This document shows, piece by piece, positions 14,830 through 23,204 of a DNA stretch of 36,855 bases. The notes below the pieces were generated by a model. That model was given only the letters and a program-made list of their open reading frames with translations, made no database searches and had not been told where the DNA came from. The stretch lies in NCBI GenBank assembly GCA_029260985.1, contig JAJDCE010000061.1, forward strand, positions 1-36,855, written 5' to 3'. The translations under genes and the position numbers were made by a program. Source of the DNA: Patescibacteria group bacterium. GTDB taxonomy: Bacteria; Patescibacteriota; Gracilibacteria; UM-FILTER-43-11. Numbering within the stretch: position 1 is the first letter of the stretch; each line of letters opens with the position of its first letter.

Positions 14830-16721
14830 CTAAAAACCCTCTCTAAGCTATCCCCCACCACCTTACCCGTCGTATTATCCCAAACATAGTCGGCATATCT
14901 AAGGTATAAATCACGTCGCTCCTGCCATATATCGTGAATTTCGGATATTGCCCCCTCACCCGTTAAACTAGGCCGTGTATTCGAATGTTTTTCAACACGT
15001 TCAGCCAAAACATTTGGATCAGCAAATATAAAAACATTCACTCCGTTTTTCTTCAAATTCTTCATATTTTCCTCATCCATCACAACCCCACCACCCGTAG
15101 CAATCACCAAGCCAGATTGATCAGCAAATTCCTGACACACCCGACTTTCTAATTTGCGAAAATGATCCCAACTTTTCTGCTCCACAATCTGATTAATAGA
15201 AAGTCCTGCCACCTTCTCAGTCTCATGATCCAGATCCACAAATGGTCGTTTAAGCAATTTAGCTATTTTCTTGCCGTGTCGCGTCTTTCCACTGCATCGC
15301 ATCCCCGTAAGTACCAAATTCTTATTTCCGAGCTTTATAGGCTTTGATAAATACATCCTCTCCAAGTCTTCCCAGAACTCTGGATAGGTTTTATCAGTAC
15401 ACCCAGGGTTTTCGATTCGGATTCCGGGTATTTTAGTCCCCACAACCGCAAAACACATTGCCATCCTGTGATCGTTATATGTATTAATCAAAACCTTCCC
15501 CTTGCCTTGAAGGCTGGATTGGCCAATCCAGCCTTCGGTACGAAGGGTATCGTTTGTTGTTTTCACCTTCACACCGATCTTCCCCAACTCTTTCTCCAAT
15601 GCGGCAAGTCGGTCGGTTTCCTTAATCCGTAAAGTTGATAAACCAGTAATCTTAATTTGACCTTTTATAAACGGAACCGTGCATGCCAATGTCATCGCAA
15701 CATCCGGCATATCTTCCATATCAATTTCGAGCTTTGAATTCAGATTTTTGAGATTTTTTAGAATAAAACCGTATCTCTCGTCACCTTGAATACTTTTTTT
15801 ATTCAACTTTTCAGTTTTAACTGAATTTAAAGCCAAATTCTCTTTATGAACAAGTTTTTTACTCAAACTTGGCGTCAAAAGGTTCGAAAATCCGACCTTT
15901 CCATCATGCAGATAAGCCATCGAAATCCAGTAACTGGACGCCGACGCATCACCTTCAATCCAATAATCACAAGCTTTGTAAGTTTGAGGTTTGATCTCAA
16001 AAGATCGGTAATTATTATTCTTAACCTTAACTCCAAAAGCCTTCATCACCTCAATAGTCGTATCAATATAGGGTTTACTCACCAATTCCCCTATCACCTC
16101 TATCTTAAGTGGTTTTGGCAGTAACGGCCCAAGCATTAGAAGTGCCGAGAAATACTGACTACTCTTATCCCCCTTCATCTGAACCGCAAGCTTAGTCCTT
16201 AGCCTGCCTGTCCGGTAGGCAGGTCCATAGTCCTTAGTCCTAATTATTTTAAGAGGTGGATAACCGGTTTTATTTAAATATTCAACCTGAACGCCAATCT
16301 GCCGTAAACCTTCCACCAAGTCCTTTATTGGTCGCTCCTGCATGCGCCTATCACCCGTAATGGTAGTTGTACCCTCCCTAATAGCCATAACGGCCGTTAA
16401 AAAGCGTGTAGCCGTCCCAGCATTATGCAGATCAAACATAAAATCCCCTTTCTCAAACCTTCCCCCACATCCTTCAATCCCTATTCCATTTCTTAATTCA
16501 CCTGTACTGAGCACGGTCGAAGTATAACTCTTAATTTTTAATTGCCGTAAGGCTTTCAGCATTACGACCGTATCATCCGATTCCAAAGCCCCATACAGCC
16601 CACTCTTCCCTTTCGCCAAAGCCGCACACAAAAAAGCACGATTGGTAATAGACTTGGATCCCGGCAGGGTAAGGAAAAAATCCAAGCTTTGCTTCAGTGG
16701 AATAACTTCTCTAAATTTCAT
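14826..16721 (-). CDS. aroA: bifunctional 3-phosphoshikimate 1-carboxyvinyltransferase (EPSP synthase) / shikimate kinase fusion
   Basis: N-terminal ~450 aa is class-I EPSPS-like (LPGSKSITNRA, SSQYFSALLM, LVSKPYIDTT, EGDASSASY, DHRMAM). The C-terminal ~170 aa has the shikimate-kinase P-loop GMRCSGKT plus a DLD motif. Confidence 0.88.
   Translation of the reverse strand: MKFREVIPLKQSLDFFLTLPGSKSITNRAFLCAALAKGKSGLYGALESDDTVVMLKALRQLKIKSYTSTVLSTGELRNGIGIEGCGGRFEKGDFMFDLHNAGTATRFLTAVMAIREGTTTITGDRRMQERPIKDLVEGLRQIGVQVEYLNKTGYPPLKIIRTKDYGPAYRTGRLRTKLAVQMKGDKSSQYFSALLMLGPLLPKPLKIEVIGELVSKPYIDTTIEVMKAFGVKVKNNNYRSFEIKPQTYKACDYWIEGDASASSYWISMAYLHDGKVGFSNLLTPSLSKKLVHKENLALNSVKTEKLNKKSIQGDERYGFILKNLKNLNSKLEIDMEDMPDVAMTLACTVPFIKGQIKITGLSTLRIKETDRLAALEKELGKIGVKVKTTNDTLRTEGWIGQSSLQGKGKVLINTYNDHRMAMCFAVVGTKIPGIRIENPGCTDKTYPEFWEDLERMYLSKPIKLGNKNLVLTGMRCSGKTRHGKKIAKLLKRPFVDLDHETEKVAGLSINQIVEQKSWDHFRKLESRVCQEFADQSGLVIATGGGVVMDEENMKNLKKNGVNVFIFADPNVLAERVEKHSNTRPSLTGEGAISEIHDIWQERRDLYLRYADYVWDNTTGKVVGDSLERVFS
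16191..16245. repeat. TAGTCCT-heptamer / GC-hairpin element inserted in frame in aroA
   Basis: cttagtcct tagcctg-cctgcc tgtccggta ggcagg-tcca tagtcct tagtcct. Encodes RTKDYGPAYRTGRLRTK in a loop ~12 aa longer than the corresponding E. coli AroA loop as I recall it. Confidence 0.8.
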
Positions 16722-16727
16722 AAAGGA

Positions 16728-16838
16728 CTATCCGCTAAGACCAGCTAAAAGCGGTGCAAACGAAGTGAGCAATAAGGTAGCAATCGCAGCGATCACCACA
16801 AACTTAATTAGTTTTTTTTGTCGGTCTCGACGATTCAT
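16728..16838 (-). CDS. 36-aa single-TM micro-protein (hypothetical)
   Basis: MNRRDRQKKLIKFVVIAAIATLLLTSFAPLLAGLSG has a basic N-terminus plus one TM helix. It is packed 14 nt after the PKD gene and 6 nt before aroA. Below the ORF-track length cutoff. Confidence 0.45.
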   Translation of the reverse strand: MNRRDRQKKLIKFVVIAAIATLLLTSFAPLLAGLSG

Positions 16839-16852
16839 AGTGTAAACGTTAA

Positions 16853-19108
16853 TTACTGTAATTCACCCTTAGCAACAATCACATCACTAAATGAGTGTAC
16901 ATTATTTTTATCATCTGTTACCTCCAATGTCACGCTATAAGTCCCAGGATTTTCAAAAGTATGAGAAGGTTTTCGACTATCACTCGTCTCCCCATCTCCA
17001 AAATCCCAACTATACTCACTCACCGCGCCGGTAGAACATTTAGAATCAAAAGTGACCGCTAAAGGAGCATTGCCTTCTTTTCGACTTGGCTCAAAACAAG
17101 CCCTGAGGGGAATTTCACGCACATAAATCGTTTGAATGGTTTCTGCGGACTCATTGTTATCCGTAGTTATTTTCAGCGTCACCTCGTAAGTTCCTACATT
17201 GTCGTATTTATGAGAAATTCGGGCGCTTGTAATGGATTTAGGCGACTCATCGCCAAAGTCCCATTCATAGCTCACAATACTGCCCTTATAAGCGCTAGAG
17301 GCAGAGCCGTCAAAGTTAACCGTAAGCGGAGCTGTCCCCTCTCCCGGATCAGCTGAAATAGACGCCTTTACGCCAGGCTCTTCAACGGTAACGGCAAGCA
17401 TAGTATTGTGCTTCTGATCCTCAGAATCTTTCACGGTAAGCGTTACCGTATAAGTACCCGCTTCTTCGTAAGTGTAATCAACTTTCTGACCCACCTGAGT
17501 CGCATCCTCTCGTCCAAAATCCCAGTTATACTCCACAATATCATCATCAGAATCAGTAGAAGTAGAGGCATCAAATGAAATCTTAAGGGGAAGTTCACCG
17601 GACAATGTTCCTTCAGCAGTTGCTGCCGGAGTAGTTGTGATGCGGGCTTCCGGAACAGAAGAGATAGAACTGGTTTCTACATCCACCGATACTACAGCCT
17701 CATTGCCGGTATCTTCAGTAACAGTAAGGGTAACCTTATAAGATCCTGGATTGCTGTAAACATGAGAAACTGATTTGCCTTTTGAAACCTGCGAACCATC
17801 TCCAAAATCCCATTTATAGCCAGTGATTGAACCTTTTAAACTTTTGCTCTTCTCCCCATCAAACCGCACCTGAAATGGAATAACACCGGTTAACCCTGGA
17901 GTCGCCTCAATATCAGCGCTCAGCAATGGCTGACCTGCCTTAGTGATTTCAACATCCCGGTAAAAATTCTTAACTAAGTTCTGCTCATCCACAAAACGAA
18001 GGTGAACTGCAAATGTGCCTATCTGTTCAAATTTATGAGAAGGCTTAAGATTGTCTTTACCAGTCAATTCATAAATACCATCACCATCAAAATCCCAGTC
18101 GAGACTTTTTACTTTAGCCCCCTGAGGAATCAAATTACTGGCATCAAATTGAACCTCAAGTGGCGCCGTGCCACTTGCGGGACTCGCTTCAAACAGGGCG
18201 TCTTCAATCGAAAGTAGATAATTATACTGCCGACGAGCGTCTTCACCTGTAATCGTTACTTCCACCCCTACATTATAATTACCTTGTAAATTATAGAGAT
18301 AGGAGATTTCAAGATCAGTGGCTGGAGTATTAAACGAACCGTCCCCTTCAAAATCCCAATTAAGAGCCGTGACTTGAAGTTTACTATTTTGAAGAGATTT
18401 TACGATATTCTCAGCGCTAAAAGTAACTTCAAGCGGAGCCTTAAGACCAGTCAATTCAGTGGGTTTGACCACGGTGATCTCAGCCAGCACTTTTTCAGCA
18501 GCAATTTCAATCTTACCGATAAAATTGTAGAGAAATAACCAGATAAACATCACAAGAATCATGGGAAGAACACCTACCAAAGTCATCTTTATGCCGCTCT
18601 TTTTAGCATCCTTATCTCCTTTCTTGGCAAAAAGAATTTTAAACACACCAATAACGGAGAGGACAAAGAAAAGGAGAGCCAGCAAGCCAAATGAGAGATT
18701 TACAATGGTTAAAAGAAAACGCTTTATGCCCGCCGCATCAATACCAAACGTGGCCAAAATAGGACTTTGCTCCCCGCCCGCAGCAATCACCAGCACCATC
18801 AGTACCACAAACACAACAAACAGACCTGCTAAACTCAAACCAATAATTGAAAGAAATTTGGCATTGCTCTTACGCTTCGCATTCTCCTTTCCGATTTTTG
18901 TTGGCGCAGGAGCAGGGGGTGGGGCAGGCTTAGTTTCTTCTGCACCTCCAGAGGGCTTGGGAGCAATGGGCTGCGCTTCGGAAGAGGGTTGATTAGCCTG
19001 AACAGTCTCAGCCTCAGGAGAAACTTGAGGTTGGTTTTCTGCAGGAACACCCTGAGAATTCTGACCTTCAGGCTGCTGCACATCATTTGGTAGATTTTCG
19101 TCTGACAT
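16853..19108 (-). CDS. multi-pass membrane protein with six extracellular PKD-type repeats
   Basis: 751 aa. Pro/Gln/Ala-rich N-terminus and ~4 TM helices, then six repeats each carrying WDFxGDG-type motifs (WDFEGDG, WDFDGDG, WDFGDGS, WDFGRED, WDFGDES, WDFGDGE). Confidence 0.85.
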   Translation of the reverse strand: MSDENLPNDVQQPEGQNSQGVPAENQPQVSPEAETVQANQPSSEAQPIAPKPSGGAEETKPAPPPAPAPTKIGKENAKRKSNAKFLSIIGLSLAGLFVVFVVLMVLVIAAGGEQSPILATFGIDAAGIKRFLLTIVNLSFGLLALLFFVLSVIGVFKILFAKKGDKDAKKSGIKMTLVGVLPMILVMFIWLFLYNFIGKIEIAAEKVLAEITVVKPTELTGLKAPLEVTFSAENIVKSLQNSKLQVTALNWDFEGDGSFNTPATDLEISYLYNLQGNYNVGVEVTITGEDARRQYNYLLSIEDALFEASPASGTAPLEVQFDASNLIPQGAKVKSLDWDFDGDGIYELTGKDNLKPSHKFEQIGTFAVHLRFVDEQNLVKNFYRDVEITKAGQPLLSADIEATPGLTGVIPFQVRFDGEKSKSLKGSITGYKWDFGDGSQVSKGKSVSHVYSNPGSYKVTLTVTEDTGNEAVVSVDVETSSISSVPEARITTTPAATAEGTLSGELPLKISFDASTSTDSDDDIVEYNWDFGREDATQVGQKVDYTYEEAGTYTVTLTVKDSEDQKHNTMLAVTVEEPGVKASISADPGEGTAPLTVNFDGSASSAYKGSIVSYEWDFGDESPKSITSARISHKYDNVGTYEVTLKITTDNNESAETIQTIYVREIPLRACFEPSRKEGNAPLAVTFDSKCSTGAVSEYSWDFGDGETSDSRKPSHTFENPGTYSVTLEVTDDKNNVHSFSDVIVAKGELQ

Positions 19109-19196
19109 TTTATTTTATTTTAAGTCGAAAATATTTTATCATAATACTAGACTTTTCAACAAGCTTAGTCCGCCTGCACTGAGCGCAACCGAAGTA

Positions 19197-19245
19197 TAGT
19201 CCCTAGTCCCTAGTCCCTAGTCCTTAGTCCTTAGTCCTTAGTCCC
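19197..19245. repeat. seven perfect-register tandem heptamers (TAGTCCC x3, TAGTCCT x3, TAGTCCC)
   Basis: Read directly. The array ends at the base before the TTG start at 19246. TAG/TAA appear in all frames on both strands. Confidence 0.95.
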
Positions 19246-20085
19246 TTGCTAATAGATTACCACCTACACAATCACTTCTCCCCAGACAGCGAAACTGACA
19301 CTACGCAACTGATTGAACATATGAGAGATTTGGGGATCAATCATCTCTGTATCACCAATCACGGGGAGTTTTTTATTCACGAAGAGGAAATTGTTGGAGT
19401 GTTTGAATATGCCGAAGCCCACAACCGCTTTCAGAAAGACAAAAATGAACTCGATGAGATAAGATCGAAATATCCTGATATGGACATCCGTTTTGGCATT
19501 GAGCTCCAATATCAGCCAGAATGTCACGACGATATAAAAAAATTGATGAACGAACTTCCCTTTGATTTTGCCCTGGGCTCCGTCCACTTCATCGACAATA
19601 TCATTATTTCAGGAGGAAAAAACGCCGGCCAGGCTTTTGAGAAAATGGATGAAGAAACCGCCTACAATAAATACTTCAACTCCATGCTCGAATGGGTTGA
19701 GTTAGCCTATTTTGATGTCGTCGCCCATTTCGATATCATCAAAAAGTTCGGCGTAAATTACTACGGGCCCTTTCAGCCCGAAAAATACAAAACAATCATC
19801 CAAAAGATCATCCAAAGCATGAAGGAAAAAGGAATTGGAATGGAACTGAATGCTGCCACTTTGCACAAACGCTGCAACGAAATAATGCCCCATCCTCAAA
19901 TCCTAAAATGGTGCCTGGAAGCTGGAATCGAAACCTTTACCCTCGGCACCGATGCCCATAATCTCGAAACCGCCGGAAAACTGATCCCCGAAGCCCTACA
20001 AATAGCCAAAGACGTGGGTATCACACATCTTTCCACCTTTAAGAATCGTCAACCAGTACGACATGAAATCCAAAGCGCAGAGTAG
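19246..20085 (+). CDS. PHP-domain phosphoesterase (HisJ-family histidinol-phosphatase-like)
   Basis: N-terminal DYHLHNHFSPDS metal-binding motif, with later GSVHF and GTDAHN motifs. TTG is the only plausible start upstream of DYHLH (in-frame TAG at 19225). Confidence 0.8.
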   Translation: MLIDYHLHNHFSPDSETDTTQLIEHMRDLGINHLCITNHGEFFIHEEEIVGVFEYAEAHNRFQKDKNELDEIRSKYPDMDIRFGIELQYQPECHDDIKKLMNELPFDFALGSVHFIDNIIISGGKNAGQAFEKMDEETAYNKYFNSMLEWVELAYFDVVAHFDIIKKFGVNYYGPFQPEKYKTIIQKIIQSMKEKGIGMELNAATLHKRCNEIMPHPQILKWCLEAGIETFTLGTDAHNLETAGKLIPEALQIAKDVGITHLSTFKNRQPVRHEIQSAE

Positions 20086-20115
20086 GTTTTCCAACCTGCG
20101 ATGCGTTTATTGGAT

Positions 20116-23100
20116 TTATTGCGGTTTTATCCAATCCGGCGTAGGTCCTTTTTCATCAGCCCCTGCACTTGTATCACCTTCAGAAAGTGGAGGTGTTTCT
20201 TGTACAGGTGGGGTTTCAGACTGAGGTGCTTCTGGTGTTGGATCAACTGGTGTTTCAGGCTGATCGCTTATCGCTGCCTGCCCGCCTTCTGGCGCGAACT
20301 GCTGATCGCTTTCAGCAGCAGGTTTCTTCTTCTTTCGGCGTCTTCGTCGTCTTTTTTTCTTCTTTGGAGCTTCGCCTTCTGGAGTTTCAACAGGAGGAAC
20401 AACAGGAGCCTTGGGCATTTCTGGTGCTGGCTCCTCTGCCGGAACTTCATCAGTTTTTTCCTCAACAGGAACTTCTTCAGTTAAGGGTTCAGAAACCTCC
20501 TCCGTTGGCATTTCCTCTGGCATTACCTCCTCAGTTGTTGGCTCTGAAGTCTCTGGAGCTACAGGAACCTCCTCAATTATTTCCTCAGCAGCTTCATCCA
20601 CTGGCAACTCTTCATCCAAGGATGGTTCAGAATAGCCCTCACCCAATATATCAAGAGGTTCTTCAGCAGGCATTGGAGTTTCAATTCCCTCCTCAGGCGA
20701 AGAATAATCTTCAGAAAACTCTGGAGATTCATCGGACAAAGGTTCAGGAGATTCATCTTCAACAGGAAGCTCGAATGATTCTTCATCGATAGACTCCGCA
20801 TTGTCCAAAGAAATTTCCTCTTCCGCTTCCCCTTCAATCACCTCAGTTCCCTTTAACCACTCAGGCACAGGGCCTTCCGCTTCAGTCGTAAAATCAGCTT
20901 CGACTGGCTCACTGCCTACGGCAGGTTCGGCAGGTGCCTCTTCCTGAGCAGGCTCAGGCGCTTCAGTTGTTTCTGCAAAAGTCTGTGGAGCAGTGGGTTC
21001 TGCAACCACTTCCGCAGCTGAATCATCCGTAGCCTTAACAGAGGGTTGATCAGTAGGCGTAGGCACATCCGCAGAGGGAGCTTCGGTAGCCTGAGGCGTA
21101 ACAGGAGGCGCTTCATGCGCTCCGATCATCGTCAAAACCTTCGCTTTAAATTCATCAATCAGCTCTTCAAAAGTTAGGTCTGGATGCTGAACTTTAAGGT
21201 AGGCAAGAAAACCGCCAACAATAAGAAGAATAAGACCAAGCACAATTACAATCAGTAAAAAGAATATCTTCAGAAGCCGGATAAACACATTTGATTTCTT
21301 GACCTCTTGCTCCTCACCACCAGTAACCATCATTGCGCCATCTTCAGCACCCACCACATCAGCCGCGTCAGCAATCTCAATTTCAGTGGATTTAGTATCC
21401 GTTACCTGATCTGAATCCGTAATAGTCAAAGTCACCAAATACTTACCCTTAACGGTATAACTATAGGTAGGATTCTCCCCCCCTATTTCAGCGATCTGAT
21501 TCTGATAATTTGAATCATCAGTATCTCCAAAACTCCACTGATAGAAAAGATTTTTATCAGTCAAATTATAGGAAGCTGAAGAAAGATTAGTGAAACTCAC
21601 CGTAGAACCTGAAACCTCATAAGAAAAATTAGCTTTAGTGAGCTCAACATCTTTTGCAACAATATCTAAAGTCCGCTCAGCAGAATTACCCGCTTTATCA
21701 GAAATCTTCGCTGTAACGGTAAAAGCGCCTGGCTCATCATATATATATTGGGTTGTATTATCGCCTTCAATTTCTTTATCGAATGTTCCATCTCCATCAT
21801 AATCCCATTCAAAAGAATACTGACCCAAACCTTGTTGAAGTCCTTGAACCGTAAACAAAATAGGATCTCCCTTAACCACAAAATCTTTGTCAGCTGTTAA
21901 CTGAATACCACCCGCTTGCTCTACATCTTTAATAGAAGGGGCAGGTGAAGCTGGCTTATCCCCAAATGTGATTTCTTTCTGAACCCGGCTCCCTTTACCC
22001 TCTTCACCCACTACAATAAGCTGGGCAATGATCTGTTCTTCTGTTTTTGCATAATCAACATCAAAAACGTCACCGGTCTTAAAAGAAAGGTCGTTGAGAT
22101 TATCAATGTCATTTTTAGGATCACCATCACCGTCACTGTCTTCAAAAATATTCTTATCGAGTCGATATTCCAGTATCCTTCCTTCCGAAGGACGGGCATA
22201 AAAAGAAACAGTATGAGAATCTTCCCATAAATGAATTATACTATCGGTTTCATCGGCCTTAGGCAGCGTCTGGAGGATTGCTGTGGGATCACCGGTAGTC
22301 CGATGTTCCTCAAACAAAATTTCAACCTGCTTCTTAACCTTTTTACCACTCTTATCTACTAAAGTCACCTCAGCAACAGTTTTAGCTGAATCACCCTGTT
22401 TATAATCAGCCGACCAAGCCGTGCCTGTTAAATACGAGTTGTCAGAAGCATTGTCGATATCGTTATTGGCAGTACCGTTATCATCGCTATCTTCATATAT
22501 ATTCTGATCAATACGATATTCCAATATATCCCCATAAGAATCAGCCAGTTCAAATTGAACCTTGCCGTCACCCAGTAACGTCACTTGATCCGAACCATTC
22601 ATCGGAGGAAGCGTTTTGAGATGAATAGAAATCAATGATTCACTCGCTCCGGTAGCCACCGTCGCCTTACCTAAAACTTCACCGTCTTTCGAGACCACTT
22701 CACCAGAGTCATTCAACGTTCCAATTACCTTACCGGTCTCATCGACTACAACATTATTTCTACCAACCGTTCCAAGCGCCTTCCCGTCTTCATCCCGAAG
22801 GATATCCCCCAGCTTCGCGTCAGAAACAGGTGTGGCGGAAAGACGGCTGTAACGGTCTCCGGATAGAACATTTATTGTTGTGGATTCAACTTCATTACCA
22901 AAAGTGGCGGTTAAATTGATTTTAAATTCACCTTGGCTATTAAAGGTATAGCTAAAATTACGCCCGGCTTGAGTCGCTAAAATTTCAGTTCCCTTTGCCA
23001 CTGTCCATTTATAGTTAGCAGCCGAATTCTTACTGTCTGCGATTAAATCAGCTCGCTCACCGATTTTGACTTCCATCTTCCCACTCGCCATCACCAGACC

Positions 23101-23160
23101 ACTTCCGATCAGGAAGGTTCCGAGGAGAACAGCCACTGCTTTTTTTAACTTTATAAACAT
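20116..23160 (-). CDS. type-I membrane surface protein: signal peptide, PKD-like repeats, DxDxDG Ca-binding-like modules, one TM helix, ~350-aa acidic Pro/Glu-rich cytoplasmic tail
   Basis: 1014 aa. Repeats contain YKWTV, FEWDYDGDG and YQWSFGD. A duplicated module has EYR[IL]D.NI[YF]EDSD.[ND]G..NDIDN. TM helix is IFFLLIVIVLGLILLIVGGFLAYL. The tail carries a KKKKRRRRRRKKKK patch. Confidence 0.85.
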   Translation of the reverse strand: MFIKLKKAVAVLLGTFLIGSGLVMASGKMEVKIGERADLIADSKNSAANYKWTVAKGTEILATQAGRNFSYTFNSQGEFKINLTATFGNEVESTTINVLSGDRYSRLSATPVSDAKLGDILRDEDGKALGTVGRNNVVVDETGKVIGTLNDSGEVVSKDGEVLGKATVATGASESLISIHLKTLPPMNGSDQVTLLGDGKVQFELADSYGDILEYRIDQNIYEDSDDNGTANNDIDNASDNSYLTGTAWSADYKQGDSAKTVAEVTLVDKSGKKVKKQVEILFEEHRTTGDPTAILQTLPKADETDSIIHLWEDSHTVSFYARPSEGRILEYRLDKNIFEDSDGDGDPKNDIDNLNDLSFKTGDVFDVDYAKTEEQIIAQLIVVGEEGKGSRVQKEITFGDKPASPAPSIKDVEQAGGIQLTADKDFVVKGDPILFTVQGLQQGLGQYSFEWDYDGDGTFDKEIEGDNTTQYIYDEPGAFTVTAKISDKAGNSAERTLDIVAKDVELTKANFSYEVSGSTVSFTNLSSASYNLTDKNLFYQWSFGDTDDSNYQNQIAEIGGENPTYSYTVKGKYLVTLTITDSDQVTDTKSTEIEIADAADVVGAEDGAMMVTGGEEQEVKKSNVFIRLLKIFFLLIVIVLGLILLIVGGFLAYLKVQHPDLTFEELIDEFKAKVLTMIGAHEAPPVTPQATEAPSADVPTPTDQPSVKATDDSAAEVVAEPTAPQTFAETTEAPEPAQEEAPAEPAVGSEPVEADFTTEAEGPVPEWLKGTEVIEGEAEEEISLDNAESIDEESFELPVEDESPEPLSDESPEFSEDYSSPEEGIETPMPAEEPLDILGEGYSEPSLDEELPVDEAAEEIIEEVPVAPETSEPTTEEVMPEEMPTEEVSEPLTEEVPVEEKTDEVPAEEPAPEMPKAPVVPPVETPEGEAPKKKKRRRRRRKKKKPAAESDQQFAPEGGQAAISDQPETPVDPTPEAPQSETPPVQETPPLSEGDTSAGADEKGPTPDWIKPQ

Positions 23161-23200
23161 TTAATCTTCTAATCTTTTAATCTTGAATCTTGTAATTTAA
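23161..23200. repeat. tandem 7-8-nt repeats (TAATCTTN x3, AATCTTG) filling the gap between the two giant genes
   Basis: t taatcttc taatcttt taatcttg aatcttg taattta, immediately upstream (minus strand) of the ATG at 23160. Confidence 0.8.
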
Positions 23201-23204
23201 TAAA

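Noticed and set aside
20101-21116. Multiple overlapping ORFs (e.g. 20101-20484 +, 20169-20792 +, 20411-20635 +, 20268-20465 -, 20577-20837 -, 20916-21116 -).
   Set aside because: They are alternative frames or the antisense strand of the Pro/Glu-rich tail of the 1014-aa gene. This is a compositional artefact, and the long frame is continuous with recognisable PKD domains.
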